From positions 247,504,001-247,568,000 of the forward strand of contig OZ024742.1 in the NCBI GenBank assembly GCA_964016885.1: a stretch of DNA of 64,000 bases, in the 5' to 3' direction. The stretch is from Eledone cirrhosa (Eukaryota). Below, piece after piece: positions 30,816 to 46,498 of the stretch. The first letter of the stretch is position 1. Every line of letters starts with the position of its first letter. The position numbers and the translations under genes are program-made. The notes under the pieces were generated by a model, which worked only from the letters and a program-made list of their open reading frames with translations, did no database searches and was not told where the DNA came from.

Positions 30816-30914
<99 letters not shown>

Positions 30915-31064
30915 GTATTCATTTGAATGAAACAGTTCTAGTCCTGTAGAAGCCTCTATATGAACATCTATCGTCTCTACATATGATTTGAGTACCTTAT
31001 TTACTGTGGTTACGCCCCAACTAAACACGGGATTAACATACACACACACACATACACATATACA

Positions 31065-31130
<66 letters not shown>

Positions 31131-31150
31131 TATGTATGTATATATATATG

Positions 31151-31288
<138 letters not shown>

Positions 31289-31589
31289 AATAAATATATA
31301 TATATATATATCCATCTATTTCTCTGTCGATCTTTTCATTCATTGAATTTCATTCTTTCTCCTTATTTCTTTCTTGTCCTATCCCCTGTTTATGTTTATT
31401 ACCTTCTCTTTCTGTTAATGCCTCTCTGTTTCAATAATAAGCCCCCCACCCACCCAACTATCTAGCATCCTGTGCTCCTTCGTCTACTTATTTTCCCTCA
31501 TCCCCTATGTTCTCCTATAGATATGTTATTGTTTTTGATATAATGTATAAATACAGGTTTAATGGTGTAACTCTATGTTTGATGCCATA

Positions 31590-31626
<37 letters not shown>

Positions 31627-31650
31627 ACACATACACATATATATATATAT

Positions 31651-31765
31651 ATAGGAAAAGTGTCCGGACCCCAACGGCTGGAGCTCAGCCGTCGGGGTCC
31701 TGACTCTTTCCTTATTACACACTCTACTACCCTAAGTATCATGTACTCTGATGCGTTATGGTCCA
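31651..31765. mobile_element. (TA)n-embedded hairpin element
   Basis: ggaccccaacggctg gagct cagccgtcggggtcc hairpin plus tail. Confidence 0.8.
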
Positions 31766-32334
31766 AACAGACACAGATATACAGGGGCGCGCACACACAC
31801 ACACACAAATATATATATATACACACATATATATATATATATTTATATGTATATATATATATATATGTGCGCGTGTGTGTGTGTTTGTGTGTGACCGCGC
31901 CTGTGTATCTATGTCTGTTTGTGTTTGATGATGTGAATTTATGTTTGATACAATATATACAACACTGTTGACGTATTAGTGTATTTGACAAAATACATAC
32001 GACATTGTTTGATGGGATTATTGTTAGGCCTGGTGTAATGTTTGATGATGTGCTGTGTTTGATATAACGTATACAAATCCGACTGATGGAGTGACATTAC
32101 GTTACGTGAAGTATACGCAATTATGTTGAACCGTATATCTATGTTTGATGAAATGTATTGAATCATGTTTCATGCTGTAACATTATGTTTTATATACTTG
32201 CAAGTACCGCTAGGTCCATAATGCAGACAACTGCCCTGAGTGCCAGACACATACTCTCTTTCTTTCTCTCTCTATCACACACACACATGTATATACACCA
32301 CACATACGCATATATATATATATATTCATATATT

Positions 32335-32403
<69 letters not shown>

Positions 32404-32918
32404 TATTCCAAATATTAATAAATGAAAAATATTCTCATAATCAAAATGTATATTTTATTATACATATTTCAAAGGTACAATGGTGTTTAAGTACGTTTTC
32501 ATCAGACAGATTATAAGATTTGATATGCGACATACCGCTACGGTTTTGATTATTCAATTCCAGTATTGGCAGTCAATCCAATTGTAAAATTGTATTCGTT
32601 GAATAATCAACAAACCATATTAATCTTTGGTTATATATATATATATATTAGAAAATGAGTTTTTTTTTAGAAAATGAAAAAAAAACGAGATGTCCTACAC
32701 GAGTGAAAGTATAAGGAAAAAAGATGAAATCGAAAATGCAACTGGAGTCTTTTTCAGAATATTTATTTGGTTTTCTTTACCGGTTTCGCAGTTCTTGTGC
32801 TTTTCAAAAGTAGAATTGAGATGGAGGGTTTGTGGTTTTAAGAACTGCGAAAACGCATAATGGAACAAAATAAATATTCTTTAAAAGACTTCAGTTGCAT
32901 TTCGATTTCATCTTTTTT

Positions 32919-32988
<70 letters not shown>

Positions 32989-33163
32989 CACAAGAATCAA
33001 AGCTATTTTCAAAGCTTTGATTCTTGTGAATTCTATATAACTGCTCTGTAGAACAACTGATGTTATTACATTGAGCTATTCATCTTACTGCTAATAAGGT
33101 AGTAATAAATTACTGACCTTCCCTGTTTATGGTTTAAAATATACATAACTATAAATAGTATCC

Positions 33164-33229
<66 letters not shown>

Positions 33230-34088
33230 ATGTGTGTGTGTGTGTGTATACCTGTGCTCATGCATGCGTGAGTGTTGTTTGTATGTGTACATATATTCTC
33301 GTGTAACAATACGTGCGTATTGCGTTCTGTATGAGCGTGATCACGAGTGTGCCTTGTGTCTGTGTGTCTGTGTGTGTATTACGAAAGTGTCAGCCATCTC
33401 ACTGTCGGCAATGTACCGTGAAGAATGCACTGGATGAGGCCAGCAGCAAACCATTGTTAAGTGTCTAAGCAGGAGTGAAATCCATAGAAAAGGGTGAAAT
33501 TAGTCACCATATAGCCAGCTTGACTTCTACCAACAATCACCTTACCTGGTTGTACAATGGTCTAAGTCGTATGTCAATGGTTGTTGGAATCAATGTATGT
33601 CCGTGTGTCTGGGTGACAATGTCTTACGCCTCTGTCTGAGTACGCTTGTGTATGTGTGGTTGTGTGTGTGTATGTGTGTGTGTATATGTGTTATGTGTCT
33701 GTGTGTGCCTCTGTATCTGACAAACTGTGTACGCCTCTATTTGTGTGTGTGTATATGTATGTGTGTGTGTGTGTGTCTGTGTGTATGTGTTTGTGTGTGC
33801 CCCTGTATCTAACAAGGTTTATACGCCTTTGCCTGAATATCCCTGTGTCTGCATGTATGTGTGTGTTTGTGGGTGTATGTATGTGCTTGACACTTTCCTA
33901 TTTTTATGTGCGTTCATGTTTGCCCCGTGATAGTCTATGTCTGCGTATGTCACCTATACCTATGTATGTGTATGTGTGTATGTGTATATATCCGTGTATG
34001 TATGTATCTTTACCGTGCATTTGTGTTAATTTGTGTCAAATGAGGCGCGTGTTTGTGGTTGTGAGACCTTGTCAGGGTGTGTGTTTGT

Positions 34089-34348
34089 ATATGTGAATTA
34101 GTACGCAGTCACTCACATATTTATATACATTCAAACACATACATCCATATATACATATATATATACATATATATATACATAGAAATGCCAATACATACAT
34201 GCATATATACATATATATAAATATACATATATATATACATATTTATATGCATGTATGTATTGGTGTTTCTATGTATATATATGTATATATGAATGTATAT
34301 GTTTGAATGTATATAAATATGTGAGTGACTGCGTACTAATTCACATAT
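34089..34348. repeat. long inverted duplication (arms about 110-120 bp)
   Basis: atatgtgaattagtacgcagtcactcacatattt... versus ...aaatatgtgagtgactgcgtactaattcacatat. Confidence 0.9.
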
Positions 34349-35616
34349 TAAACCTACAGATTTATGACTGTGCTTATTGGAGCACTGGCGTATGTTAGTA
34401 ACTGCCTCAATATAAATCTTGAGAAGCTAGGCTTCACAGGAACTGAAAAAACACAACTAGTTAGGAAATTACAAGTACAATCCATTAATGGAACAGTAAA
34501 AATATGTAACACATTCCAAACATTTTGCATCTAATAACTGCATATACACATGCACAGATGCAAAGCATATACACATGCACACATACAACTCAAAACATAC
34601 ACATCCACACATACAATAACATCCATACCTACACATGCATGCATACATACATATCTACCTAGTTGATGTTGTGTAAATTCCAATGAGAGAGTCTTGTGTC
34701 TATGTTAGAAACCGACTCTCTCTCTATTGGTAAAACTTTGTGAAATTATAAAACCAGAAGAATATACATACATAGATACATGGATATGTACATAGATACA
34801 TACAAACAATCTTACATACCTGCATACCTATGTAGTTTGCAGATCCAGTATCCAAGATACATGCTCAGCTTCATACCTGTTGTTATTGTAACCACAGGTT
34901 ATATACCAACCCGCCATCACGAAAGTATAACTGCACTTGTATTTCAAGGAAAAGAACGTTGCACCTTAATACCTAAACTACAATTGGCCACGATATCAGG
35001 AAACTTCAAAATCTATAATCCTGGTGGAATGTTCCAGTCAAAACACCAATATAATGCAAATATAACAGACCAGATATAATAATATGGGACTGTGAAAAGA
35101 AGGCATGCACAGTAGTGGAAGTTAGCCGCCCAACAGATACCAATATAATATTAACGTTGGGCGAAAAGGTGAATATATATGCAGAACTCATCAAGAATCT
35201 GAAGAAACTCCACCCTGACAATACATTCAGATTTATACCTGTGTTTGTTGGGGCACTGGGATATGTTAGTAACTGCCTCAGTACAAATCTTGAGATGGGC
35301 TTCACAGGATCAGAAAGAACACAACTAGTTAGGCAATTAGAAGTACAATCCGTTAATCGAATTGTAAAATATGTAAAACATTCCCAAAATTCTGCATGTA
35401 ATAACTGCATGTACACATGTCCAGATACATCACATGCACATGCACACATATAACACAAAGCATATATATCCACACATACAATACCAACCATACCTGCACA
35501 CACATGCATGCATATCTCCCTAGTTGATGTTTAAATTCCAACAAATGTGCCTTGTATCTATGTTAGAAACCGACTCTTTATTGGTTGAAATTGATAAAAT
35601 TATAAAACCAGAAGAA
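34349..35616 (+). mobile_element. three stacked 3' fragments of R4/Dong-clade RLE retrotransposons (34349-34762, ~34836-35000, ~35000-35616)
   Basis: RPDIIIWD...VEVSRP...FRFIPVFVGALG RLE motifs; shared 3' UTR ends ataaaaccagaagaa followed by (CATA)n; the middle piece matches the reverse complement of 49460-49615. Confidence 0.85.
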
Positions 35617-36031
35617 CATACATACATACGTACATACACACACATACTTACACACATACATACATACTTACATACATACATACATACATACATAATGAAT
35701 CCGACGTCAGTTTCGCCGATGAGCCTCCAAATCGGGAAGTAACGTGTACGTGGTTTAACATTCAAAAGACACGTATAACTAACTGAATTTCTTACACAAT
35801 TGAGCGAGACACTGGCCCTCAATACGACGGACTCAAACGCAGTTTTAATCTAACTAATTTCACTCATAATACGTCGATGGAGCCGTCACTATTTAAACGT
35901 ATTTCCCAAATTGGCGGCGACACAGAGAGATCGACACGGGACTTCATTATTGTGAATCCTGAAATTCTTAATCATCCATCTATGACACCGTCCACAAACA
36001 GTCACACACAGACACACAGATATAAATATAT

Positions 36032-36228
36032 AAGGGTCGGCTAAAAGGTTGATGGGCTGACTATGAAGGAGTTATGCTAGAGCTGTTAAATCTTTCATTC
36101 ATGAATTTCAACTTTTCTTATTCATGACAGTATTGTTTCTTTTCAGGGCCTATGTAAAAACGTAAACCTCATTTGATCATTCCATGAGAGTATCTTTGCC
36201 CGCCTATGAACTTTCAGCCCAGCCTGAT
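36032..36228. mobile_element. Tc1/mariner-type MITE (decayed)
   Basis: Imperfect TIRs agggtcggctaaaaggttgatgggc / gcctatgaactttcagcccagcct in a TA context. Confidence 0.6.
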
Positions 36229-36230
36229 AC

Positions 36231-36268
<38 letters not shown>

Positions 36269-36271
<3 letters not shown>

Positions 36272-36475
36272 AAAATGTTCAAGACCCCGACAGCAGAGCT
36301 CGAGCCGTTTCAACGGCTATTTCTGGATAATTTCCGTCCAGATATAGCCGTCGAAACGGCTCGAGCTCTTCCGTCGGGGTCTTGAACAATTTCCTATTAC
36401 CCACTCTACTACCTTAAGTATTGAGTACTCTGGTGCGTTATAGTCCACCTGGTTCCTTACCACACCTCCTTCATT
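36269..36475. mobile_element. (TA)n-embedded hairpin element with long arms
   Basis: Inverted arms of about 57 bp around the taatttccg loop, plus family tail. Confidence 0.85.
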
Positions 36476-36599
36476 ATATATATATATATATATATATATG
36501 CAAACATACGTACGCATATACATAAAAGCATGCATGCACCCTTCTATATATACATAAATACCTGTGCGCGCACACACACACACACACGTATATATATGT

Positions 36600-37400
36600 G
36601 GATTCCACTGAGCTTCTTCAGCTTCGGGAACATGCAGCAGTCGCATGGAGCAATGTCTGGACTATAGGGAGGAAGTGGGACTGTTTTGACCCGTATGGCC
36701 AAGTAGTCGGTCACCAAGATGGATCTGTGACAGAGAGCATTGTCCTTGTACAGGTGTCACTGACCGAACTTGAAGAATTATGCGCTCTTGCGATGACATC
36801 TCTTTCTAAACTGCCTCAAAATCTTTGCATAATACTCATTGTTGGCTGTCTCGCTGTGGGGTACCAATGGATGGAGATGATACCTTCGCGGTCAAAGAAT
36901 AGTTTCATCATGAGCTTCCCTGTAGAGTCTTGGAGAGTTAGGTGATTCCACTGGGCACTCTGTCTCTTGGTCTCTGGATTACAATATTTCACCCACCTCT
37001 CGCCACAGGTTACCAGAGATTCAAGGACATGGATTCGAAGCAATCCACTCGACCATTTCCCTGCTGACATCAACGGTCTCTGCCTTTGTTCTTCATTGAG
37101 CATCTTCGAAACAAACTTTGCATAAACTTTACGCATGCGCAGCTCGTCAAGAATGACTCTGTGCCTTCAGCCACTTCAAATCATTTAGCAATCGTCAGAA
37201 GAGGTGTATGACGGTCATAGTCCAGAAATTTGCAAATTTTGATGACCAACTTTGACGTTGGTGTCCCGCTCCCTGCCACATCCATTCGCATCCCCCACCT
37301 GCTCCCTGCCCTAATGAAGTCTCTTCTGCCAGCGGAAACCCCCCCCCCCCCCCGGCTCACAAAAGTTAGTCCGTAAGCTGTTGAGACCATTTTTTAGTTT
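36600..37400 (-). pseudogene. mariner (DD34D) transposase pseudogene
   Basis: MRKVYAKFVSKML..., LVTCGERWV..NPETKRQSAQW, KLMMKLFFD.EGII, KDNA and PPYSPDIAPCD motifs across frameshifts. Confidence 0.85.
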
Positions 37401-37680
37401 TAATCGAGTTTGACACAAAACTTTATTGCATATCGAGCCTCCGAGTTGTCCTTACATCCAAACTACATTGTGGAACCAGTCAGTTCTGACAAGACTTGTA
37501 TGACGGGTAGAGTTTAAAGTGCTGTAGCGGTCTTAACCCGCAACCTGGAAATAAAAGCTTTGGTATGTTAGCTTATTATAACTATATCAAGTATGTATGA
37601 GAGTAACAGTTCCATAGGTCAAGTAAAAGTAACCAAAGAGAAGAACTTTCAAAACAGACGTACATACATAAATACATACA

Positions 37681-37999
37681 GAAAGACAGAACACAACTTG
37701 TTAGGAAATTACAAGTACAATCCATTAATGGAACAGTAAAAATATGTAAAACATTCCAGAAATTTTGCATCTAATAACTGCATATGCACATGTACAGATA
37801 CAAAGCATATACACATGCACACATACAACTCAAAACATCCACATCCACATATACAATAACATCCATATCTACACATGCATGCATAGATATATATCTACCT
37901 AGTTGATGTGTAAATTCCAATGAGAGAGTGTTGTGTCTATGTTAGAAACCGACTCTCTCTCTATTAGGAAAACTTTGTGAAATTATAAAACTAGAAGAA
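37681..37999 (+). mobile_element. 3' end of an R4/Dong-clade retrotransposon
   Basis: Near-identical to 34445-34762; flanked by (CATA)n. Confidence 0.85.
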
Positions 38000-38020
38000 C
38001 ATACATACATACATACATAC

Positions 38021-38629
38021 ATGGTGGCTGCCAACTCGTTTTCGAGTACGGCCACTACTTTATATCCATGTAGGAGGACCCCTACCGATGCGCTGAACGA
38101 GTGTGACTTTTCAGTCCGGCCAGCGACTTGAAAACTTTGGTACAAACACTACACATGTGACAATTATTGACACATAGTGCTGGGCCCATGGTACCATGTG
38201 ACGACAAGTGCAGAGAGATCTCCAGATATAAAGCAATGCCTGTGCCGTGAAGTTTTTATAGTGAGCAAAGGCACTGCACAAAGCCAGTCCCACTCTCTTA
38301 ACCAAGATGATATTTACCAAAAAGAAGAACAAGTCAACATCATTGGATATCATCAGGGTTGCAGGTGTGATATCAGAGTTTTCCTTCTCCTAGAATTCTG
38401 CCTTGACAAAGGCTAAGGGGTCATCTCTCCCGGTGATTTTGGATGGCCATTGACTCTTAAGAGCTCCTTTGCCCTTTGACAGGTTTTGTTTTTAGTCCTG
38501 CAGGATGTCCAAAGTCACCCTCCTCACCAAGAAACCTTGGTGGGGTTGCCAGTTTAGTCGCCAACGACCCGACCATGGGACAGGTTGTACTGGGATACAT
38601 GTTACCAGTAGCACCAACTGGTGACCTGA
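38021..38629 (-). mobile_element. about 610-bp non-coding retroposon, probably a non-autonomous RTE-type element
   Basis: Minus strand has an RTE-like 5' motif ctaggagaaggaaaactctga and ends cagccaccat(GTAT)n; a 5'-truncated copy lies at 52680-52996. Confidence 0.6.
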
Positions 38630-40031
38630 CATACATACATACATACATACATACATACATACATACATACATACATACATACATACATACGTACATACAT
38701 ACATACATACATACGCACATACAAACATACATACATCTGCAATATATGATACAAGGTTAGCTAGACGATTCTACGTGAGGAGAGACTTAGAAGAGAAACA
38801 GCTATCTCACCAGCAGAAAGAAAACGGCGATTAGATGCTCCACAATCTAGTGGAAACGAATATTCAGAGAAAAGGTTGCCTCTACTGTATCTGTAATAGT
38901 TACCTCATATCTCCCTTAGAATAATACGGCTTTGCTTACCTGGAACAAGAGATAGTCACCTAATATCTAATCAATAGGACATATACGTTTTTAAGAGAAA
39001 ATATCTTACGTGCTACAGTATAGCATGGACCCGTAACATAGCATGGAGTCGTAGGGGTGCCATATCGACGCTCGGCATTTCTTAGGGTAATTTTTAAACA
39101 TGGCGGAGCCCATCTCCTCTCCAGGTGTGAAAACAGCAGAGTTGCTCCAGAGAAGGATAGGAAGTGAGAGAAAGGAAGTGAGAAGATATATATAGGCAGG
39201 TACTTTATCGACCTCGAATGAATGGATGGCAAAGATGAACCCAGAGAGAAGAGAGCTGGAATGAATACCAAAAGATACTCTATCAAACGTTCTAACTACT
39301 CTTACATTTCACCGCTCGTGTGTGCCATACCCGTGTGAAAAATATCACCCACATCATACCCAGCTAATTTCCAATGAGATATGACAGAGTTGCCTAACCT
39401 AATTACAAATTTATCTTTAGGAATGATTGTCGGATACACTAAAAGTACCCCATAAACAGAATGTATCCACAACTTAAAAATAGCAATCAAATACAAACAC
39501 AACTTATCTGATGTTGTTCGATGGACAGGGGAGAATTAAGTCCGTCTGAGGACCGGTGCACTTAAAAGAGTATGATAACCATTATCTATAAATCATGCCA
39601 AAATATTTATGGTAGCATGGCAAATGAATTTAATTGGAATAAAATAATGTTCCATTATTCTTAAATGCCCTAAGCAGGTGTTTATTTTATTTAATGATTA
39701 ACGAAGGCGGGTGAATTAGGGGTTAGATAATTGCATGCTCACTATGTATAAACTTTGCATGTTCTCATTCGGCTGGTTCTTCGTCAAAACTAAAAACACA
39801 TCAGAAGGTGACAGTGAGAGAAAGAGAGAGAGAGGGGGGGGGGGGCAAACATACACGCAACGAAAACAAATACGCACATACACACACACACACACACACA
39901 CATGTACATATATAATTTGAGAAAGTTGAAAATATAACAGATGTATTATCTTATAAACTGGTCAATAAGATGGGTTGGGAAATATATCGTAATTTGTTGA
40001 GGTGAGAACGCACATATTGGATATGTATGTG

Positions 40032-40062
<31 letters not shown>

Positions 40063-40239
40063 GTGTGTGTGTGTATGTGTGTGTGAGTGTAGGTGTGTGT
40101 ATGTCTGTGCAAGAAATATAAGCTAAAGTAAGCCAGTTGCAAAATGCACAAATGCACATACATACACAAGCGCGCACACACACGCGTACATACACATACA
40201 CATACACACACACATACACAAACTCACTCACACACACAC

Positions 40240-40308
<69 letters not shown>

Positions 40309-40415
40309 CATGCATATATATATATATATATATATACATGCATATATATATATTTATATATATATATATATATACATATATACATGCATATGTGTATATA
40401 TATACATATATACAC

Positions 40416-40463
<48 letters not shown>

Positions 40464-40638
40464 GTATGTATATATATGTATATATATATATACATGCACA
40501 TATTTGTATATAAACATACATACACAACATTGTGAAAAGTACAAATAACATAGTAGATAATTGTGTTTATCATAACAATAGAACGTCATTAATCATTTTG
40601 ACTAATGATGAATGATTTGAGATACACACAAACATGCA

Positions 40639-40691
<53 letters not shown>

Positions 40692-40738
40692 CTACATGTA
40701 AACATCTACATCTACAGATACACACACATGCGGCCAGA

Positions 40739-40796
<58 letters not shown>

Positions 40797-40806
40797 TATA
40801 TAGATT

Positions 40807-40837
<31 letters not shown>

Positions 40838-41061
40838 GTGTATGTATGGATTTATGTATATATGTATATATGTATGAATGCATGTATGTATATATGTATG
40901 TATTTATGTATGTATGTATCTATGTATGTATGAATGTATGGATTTATGTATTTATGTAGGATTGTATGTATGCATAAATGTAAACTTATAAATATATATT
41001 ATATATATATATGTATATATGTATTGTTTAATTTCATTGTTATAATATTTCTATATGCATA

Positions 41062-41147
<86 letters not shown>

Positions 41148-41193
41148 AATGAGAGGTATAGAGATTGCTAACGGCATTCTATAACATATATGC

Positions 41194-41250
<57 letters not shown>

Positions 41251-41263
41251 TATATATGTATAT

Positions 41264-41322
<59 letters not shown>

Positions 41323-41330
41323 GATACGGG

Positions 41331-41410
<80 letters not shown>

Positions 41411-41638
41411 CGTATCTGTCGTTGAGTATGAGTATTTGTATGCGAGTATGAATGTACGTGTGTCCATATGTTTCCGTGTGCATGAAATTGTAAAGTTTAT
41501 TGTATTAGTATAACTTCACACATTTGTATGCAATGAGTGCATATTTCATGATATATATTCCAATCACTTATAGAATATATACCTCTATTCACTCTGAACA
41601 AATAAGCGGCCACACACACACCCACTTGCTCACACACG

Positions 41639-41685
<47 letters not shown>

Positions 41686-41691
41686 GTATAC

Positions 41692-41725
<34 letters not shown>

Positions 41726-41849
41726 GTATATATATATATTTATATGTATATATCAATATATGTCTATATTTATATGTGTGAATATTTACACACACATATA
41801 TATATATATATATATACATACATATTCATACATATATACATATTAATAC

Positions 41850-41947
<98 letters not shown>

Positions 41948-41969
41948 GTATATATATATGTATATATAC

Positions 41970-42054
<85 letters not shown>

Positions 42055-42164
42055 CATACGTATTAGATGAACGTGTATAAAGACATATATGGAATTATAT
42101 ATATATATATATATATATATTTACATATATGTCTTTATATCTGTTTATTTAATACGTATGTCTG

Positions 42165-42232
<68 letters not shown>

Positions 42233-42452
42233 CATATACATACAGTGGGAGTTAGAGAGGAGAAGGGAGAAGAAGTAACGAGAGATGTTATATTGATATA
42301 GATATAACATCGTGTGAGTTGTAGGATAAGTCTTATTAGATATCTTCCAATGGTATATACACAAGAAAATATTGGAGTTTACAATTGCCAATCTACATCA
42401 TAACTAGATATCTACAGTGCTCTAACTCTGTATGATGTTGTGTGCATCTGCC

Positions 42453-42541
<89 letters not shown>

Positions 42542-42602
42542 TTGTATATATATATGTGTTCGTATATATACTATATATATGATATATATCCACATATGTT
42601 TG

Positions 42603-42634
<32 letters not shown>

Positions 42635-42646
42635 TGTACATATACT

Positions 42647-42798
<152 letters not shown>

Positions 42799-43014
42799 TA
42801 TATGTATATATATACATATATGAATATATATGTATAAATGTGCGTATATATATATATATACATATATTTAAGTGTATATATCGATACATATATATATATA
42901 TATATAAATGTTTGTATGTACATAAATATATACATATATGCATGTATATATACAAATATGAATGCACGATGCCTCTGTTTATATATGTATATACGAATAT
43001 ATGAAAATATGAAA

Positions 43015-43082
<68 letters not shown>

Positions 43083-43267
43083 GATACATGTATAATTTCA
43101 TGCTGCTTTATGTTTTAAGGCAGTAAAGGAAATCTATGAATGCTTGTTGCTTTTCTATGTACTTATGATAAATTGAATTAAATCTTATATTTATACACAT
43201 ACATTTCAGTCTATTTCTCTCTTTTCTCTCTCCTCCACTCTTCTACTCTCTCTCCCTCTCGCTTTAT

Positions 43268-43369
<102 letters not shown>

Positions 43370-43640
43370 GCATGCAATACACACACATACACACACATAT
43401 ATATACTTATATATATATATATGTATATATATAAATGGGTGTTTGTATATATTTGTGAGCTTAAATCTTTTGATTTCCTATCACTATATCACATACGTTT
43501 CTATATGTTTTATATATATCTCTGTCTTTGTCCCTCTCTATCAATATGTTATATCTGTTTATATTCTCTATGTGTTTCTCTCTCTCTTTCTCTCTCTCTC
43601 TATATATATATATGTATGAGGATGGGTGTGAGAGAGAGAA

Positions 43641-43905
<265 letters not shown>

Positions 43906-44249
43906 GTGTGAGTTTTATTCCAAACCCGACTGAGTACTAGTTTTAATTTCCTTATAAATATATTTTATTTGCGCGCATGTTCGTCGCTGTTTGTTTGTTT
44001 GGAACTTCAAACTTCTAAATCTCTCACTAACGTTTGCACAATTTCTTCAGCTTTCTTGAGAATAGAGTGGTTTTAGTGTTTGTTGCTTACTATTCATAGA
44101 GTTCCAACATGGCTGGTGTATGCTGAATCCCTGACATTGCCATTTCACATCAGTCTGGTGTTTAAGTTTCTTTGTTACTAGTCTATATTTTGTTTGTGTT
44201 TCTTTATTTTGATATTGTGGTTAGTTCACCTCCTATTATTTTGAAATCA

Positions 44250-44490
44250 CGTAGCTTTGTGGTTAAGGTGTTAGCTACACAGTTGTATAATTGTAAGTTT
44301 GATTCCTGACGATGAATATGAGATGCTCTTGTAATTCAAAGGGTTAACTATATCCCAGCCCCGCTTTTTATATGATCTGAATTAACGGTACACGTGTGGA
44401 TGGAATGCTCAGCCACTGCACGCTAATTTTTCGAGCAGGCTGTTTCGTTGATGCACGTCAATTGGAACATTCGTCGGCGAACCGAATCAT
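44250..44490 (+). mobile_element. decayed SINE of another family (related tails at ~200-270 and ~12030-12110)
   Basis: Pol III-like head gtggttaaggtgtt...gtttgattcc; tail ctaatttttcgagcaggctgtttcgttgat. Confidence 0.55.
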
Positions 44491-44767
44491 GGTTTTGTAC
44501 TCCAATCACTAATCATAATGGTTTTCCGTAGAATTATGTAGAGAATACACATATGCACAAGCATACACCACCCCCGCACGCTCACACACACACACGCACA
44601 CACACACGCACTCAAATAGATACATACACACACACACACAAACAAACAAATACATATACACACGCATAGACACACACAAACACATGAGTACATAGATTCA
44701 CACATATGTACACATAGTCACATACACAAGCAAACACACATATACACACGCATAGACGCACACATGT

Positions 44768-44800
<33 letters not shown>

Positions 44801-45530
44801 GACACACATTCAGATACACACAGCCTTCCCCTCACACATACATGACCATTGTTCAACGTTCTTTAACAGATTTCACTGGTTTCCTGCAGTTACGTGTTCT
44901 GGTTTGGCAGTCGAATGTTTTTTTGGTCGATTATAACAAATTACGCCATTTTGAGATTATTGGACAAAAATATATATTTATCAACGTGTAGGTTTAGTCA
45001 TTGTGACAGTTCTTCCTCAATCTGGGATTGGTCCTTAATTCAATCGAGGCTATATGTGTGTGTGTCTCAGTACGTATTTTATTCATGCATGTATATTTGT
45101 TTATGTCTGTGTTCGTTTATGCCTGAGGATAATGTATGGGAGAGCACGCGTGTGGCTGTTCATGTGCTTGCTTGTGTATATGTGTGCATTTAAGTGATTG
45201 CGTATGTGTGTTTGTGTGTGTGTTTGTTTGTGTGTTTGAGCGAGTTTGTGTGATGTGTGTGTGTGAGTGCGTGTTTGTGTGTTTGTGTGTGTGTGTGTGT
45301 GAGTGTGTGTGTGTGTGCGTGTGTGAATGTGTGAGTGCGTGTTTGTGTGAATGTGTGAGTGCGTGTTTGTGTGCCTGTGTGAGTGTGAATGTGTGAGTGC
45401 GTGTTTGTGTGTATGTGTGTGTGTGTGTTTTTGTGTGGGTTTGTGTGTGTGTGTTTGTGTGTGTGTTTGTTTGTGTGTGTGTGTGTGTGAATGTGTGAGT
45501 GCGTGTTTGTGTGTTTGGGTGAATGTGTGA

Positions 45531-45579
<49 letters not shown>

Positions 45580-45605
45580 TGTGTGTGCGTTTGTGTGTGC
45601 GTGTT

Positions 45606-45654
<49 letters not shown>

Positions 45655-45942
45655 GAGTGCGTGTTTGTGTGTTTGTGTATGTGTGTTTATGAATACTTGT
45701 ATCGTATTGAATGTTGATATCCTGACACGATACAGAGACATGGAGACATATATATATGCTGCAAAAAACAAATACGTATCGCTGTGTGACAGCCCGTTTC
45801 CACAGTTTGCTGTTCATTTTTTAATGTTATTTCGGAATAAACGAGTCAATATGACGGGAATACCCGAGTTTAGAAAGTAACAGAAAATCTGCAATATTGG
45901 AAAGGATTGGTCGGAAAAGGTTGTGCAGCGAAGTAGCAGTTG

Positions 45943-46125
45943 TTTTGGCAGTAACGGTAGAGGGTCAGATGCCATGCTTTGCAGTACAGTTACGTCCCTT
46001 TACGCACTGAGTTCAAATCCCGCCGAGGTTAACTTTGCCTTTCATCATTACGGGCTCGATAAAATAAAGTACCAGTAATGCACTGGGTAATTGCTGGCCT
46101 TGTGCCTAAGGTACAAACAGTTATT
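45943..46125 (+). mobile_element. tRNA-derived SINE
   Basis: A and B boxes, core and short tail. Confidence 0.9.
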
Positions 46126-46466
46126 AATACAGCTCACATTTACGTAGGGGTTTAACTGGCCTCCTTCGTGGTTCTTCCTTGAAGGAAGTTTCTTATGTAC
46201 TTTAATGACAAGGCCTCTGGTCTTATCATCAAAAGATTCCGATCTATCTAGAACGTCTGTCCACTCAAACTTAGAGCTGGTAATGATTTTCCTTTTAGAT
46301 GAGTGGACTGGTGCAACGTGAAATAAAACATCTAGTTCATAAACTCAGTACGTTACCCATTTATAGGCATGCACACCCACACACACATAGAAACACCCCA
46401 ACTTAAACATACACGCACGCACACACACATGCACGCTCATAAATAATAAACACCCCTTTGTCTGTG

Positions 46467-46497
<31 letters not shown>

Positions 46498-46498
<1 letters not shown>

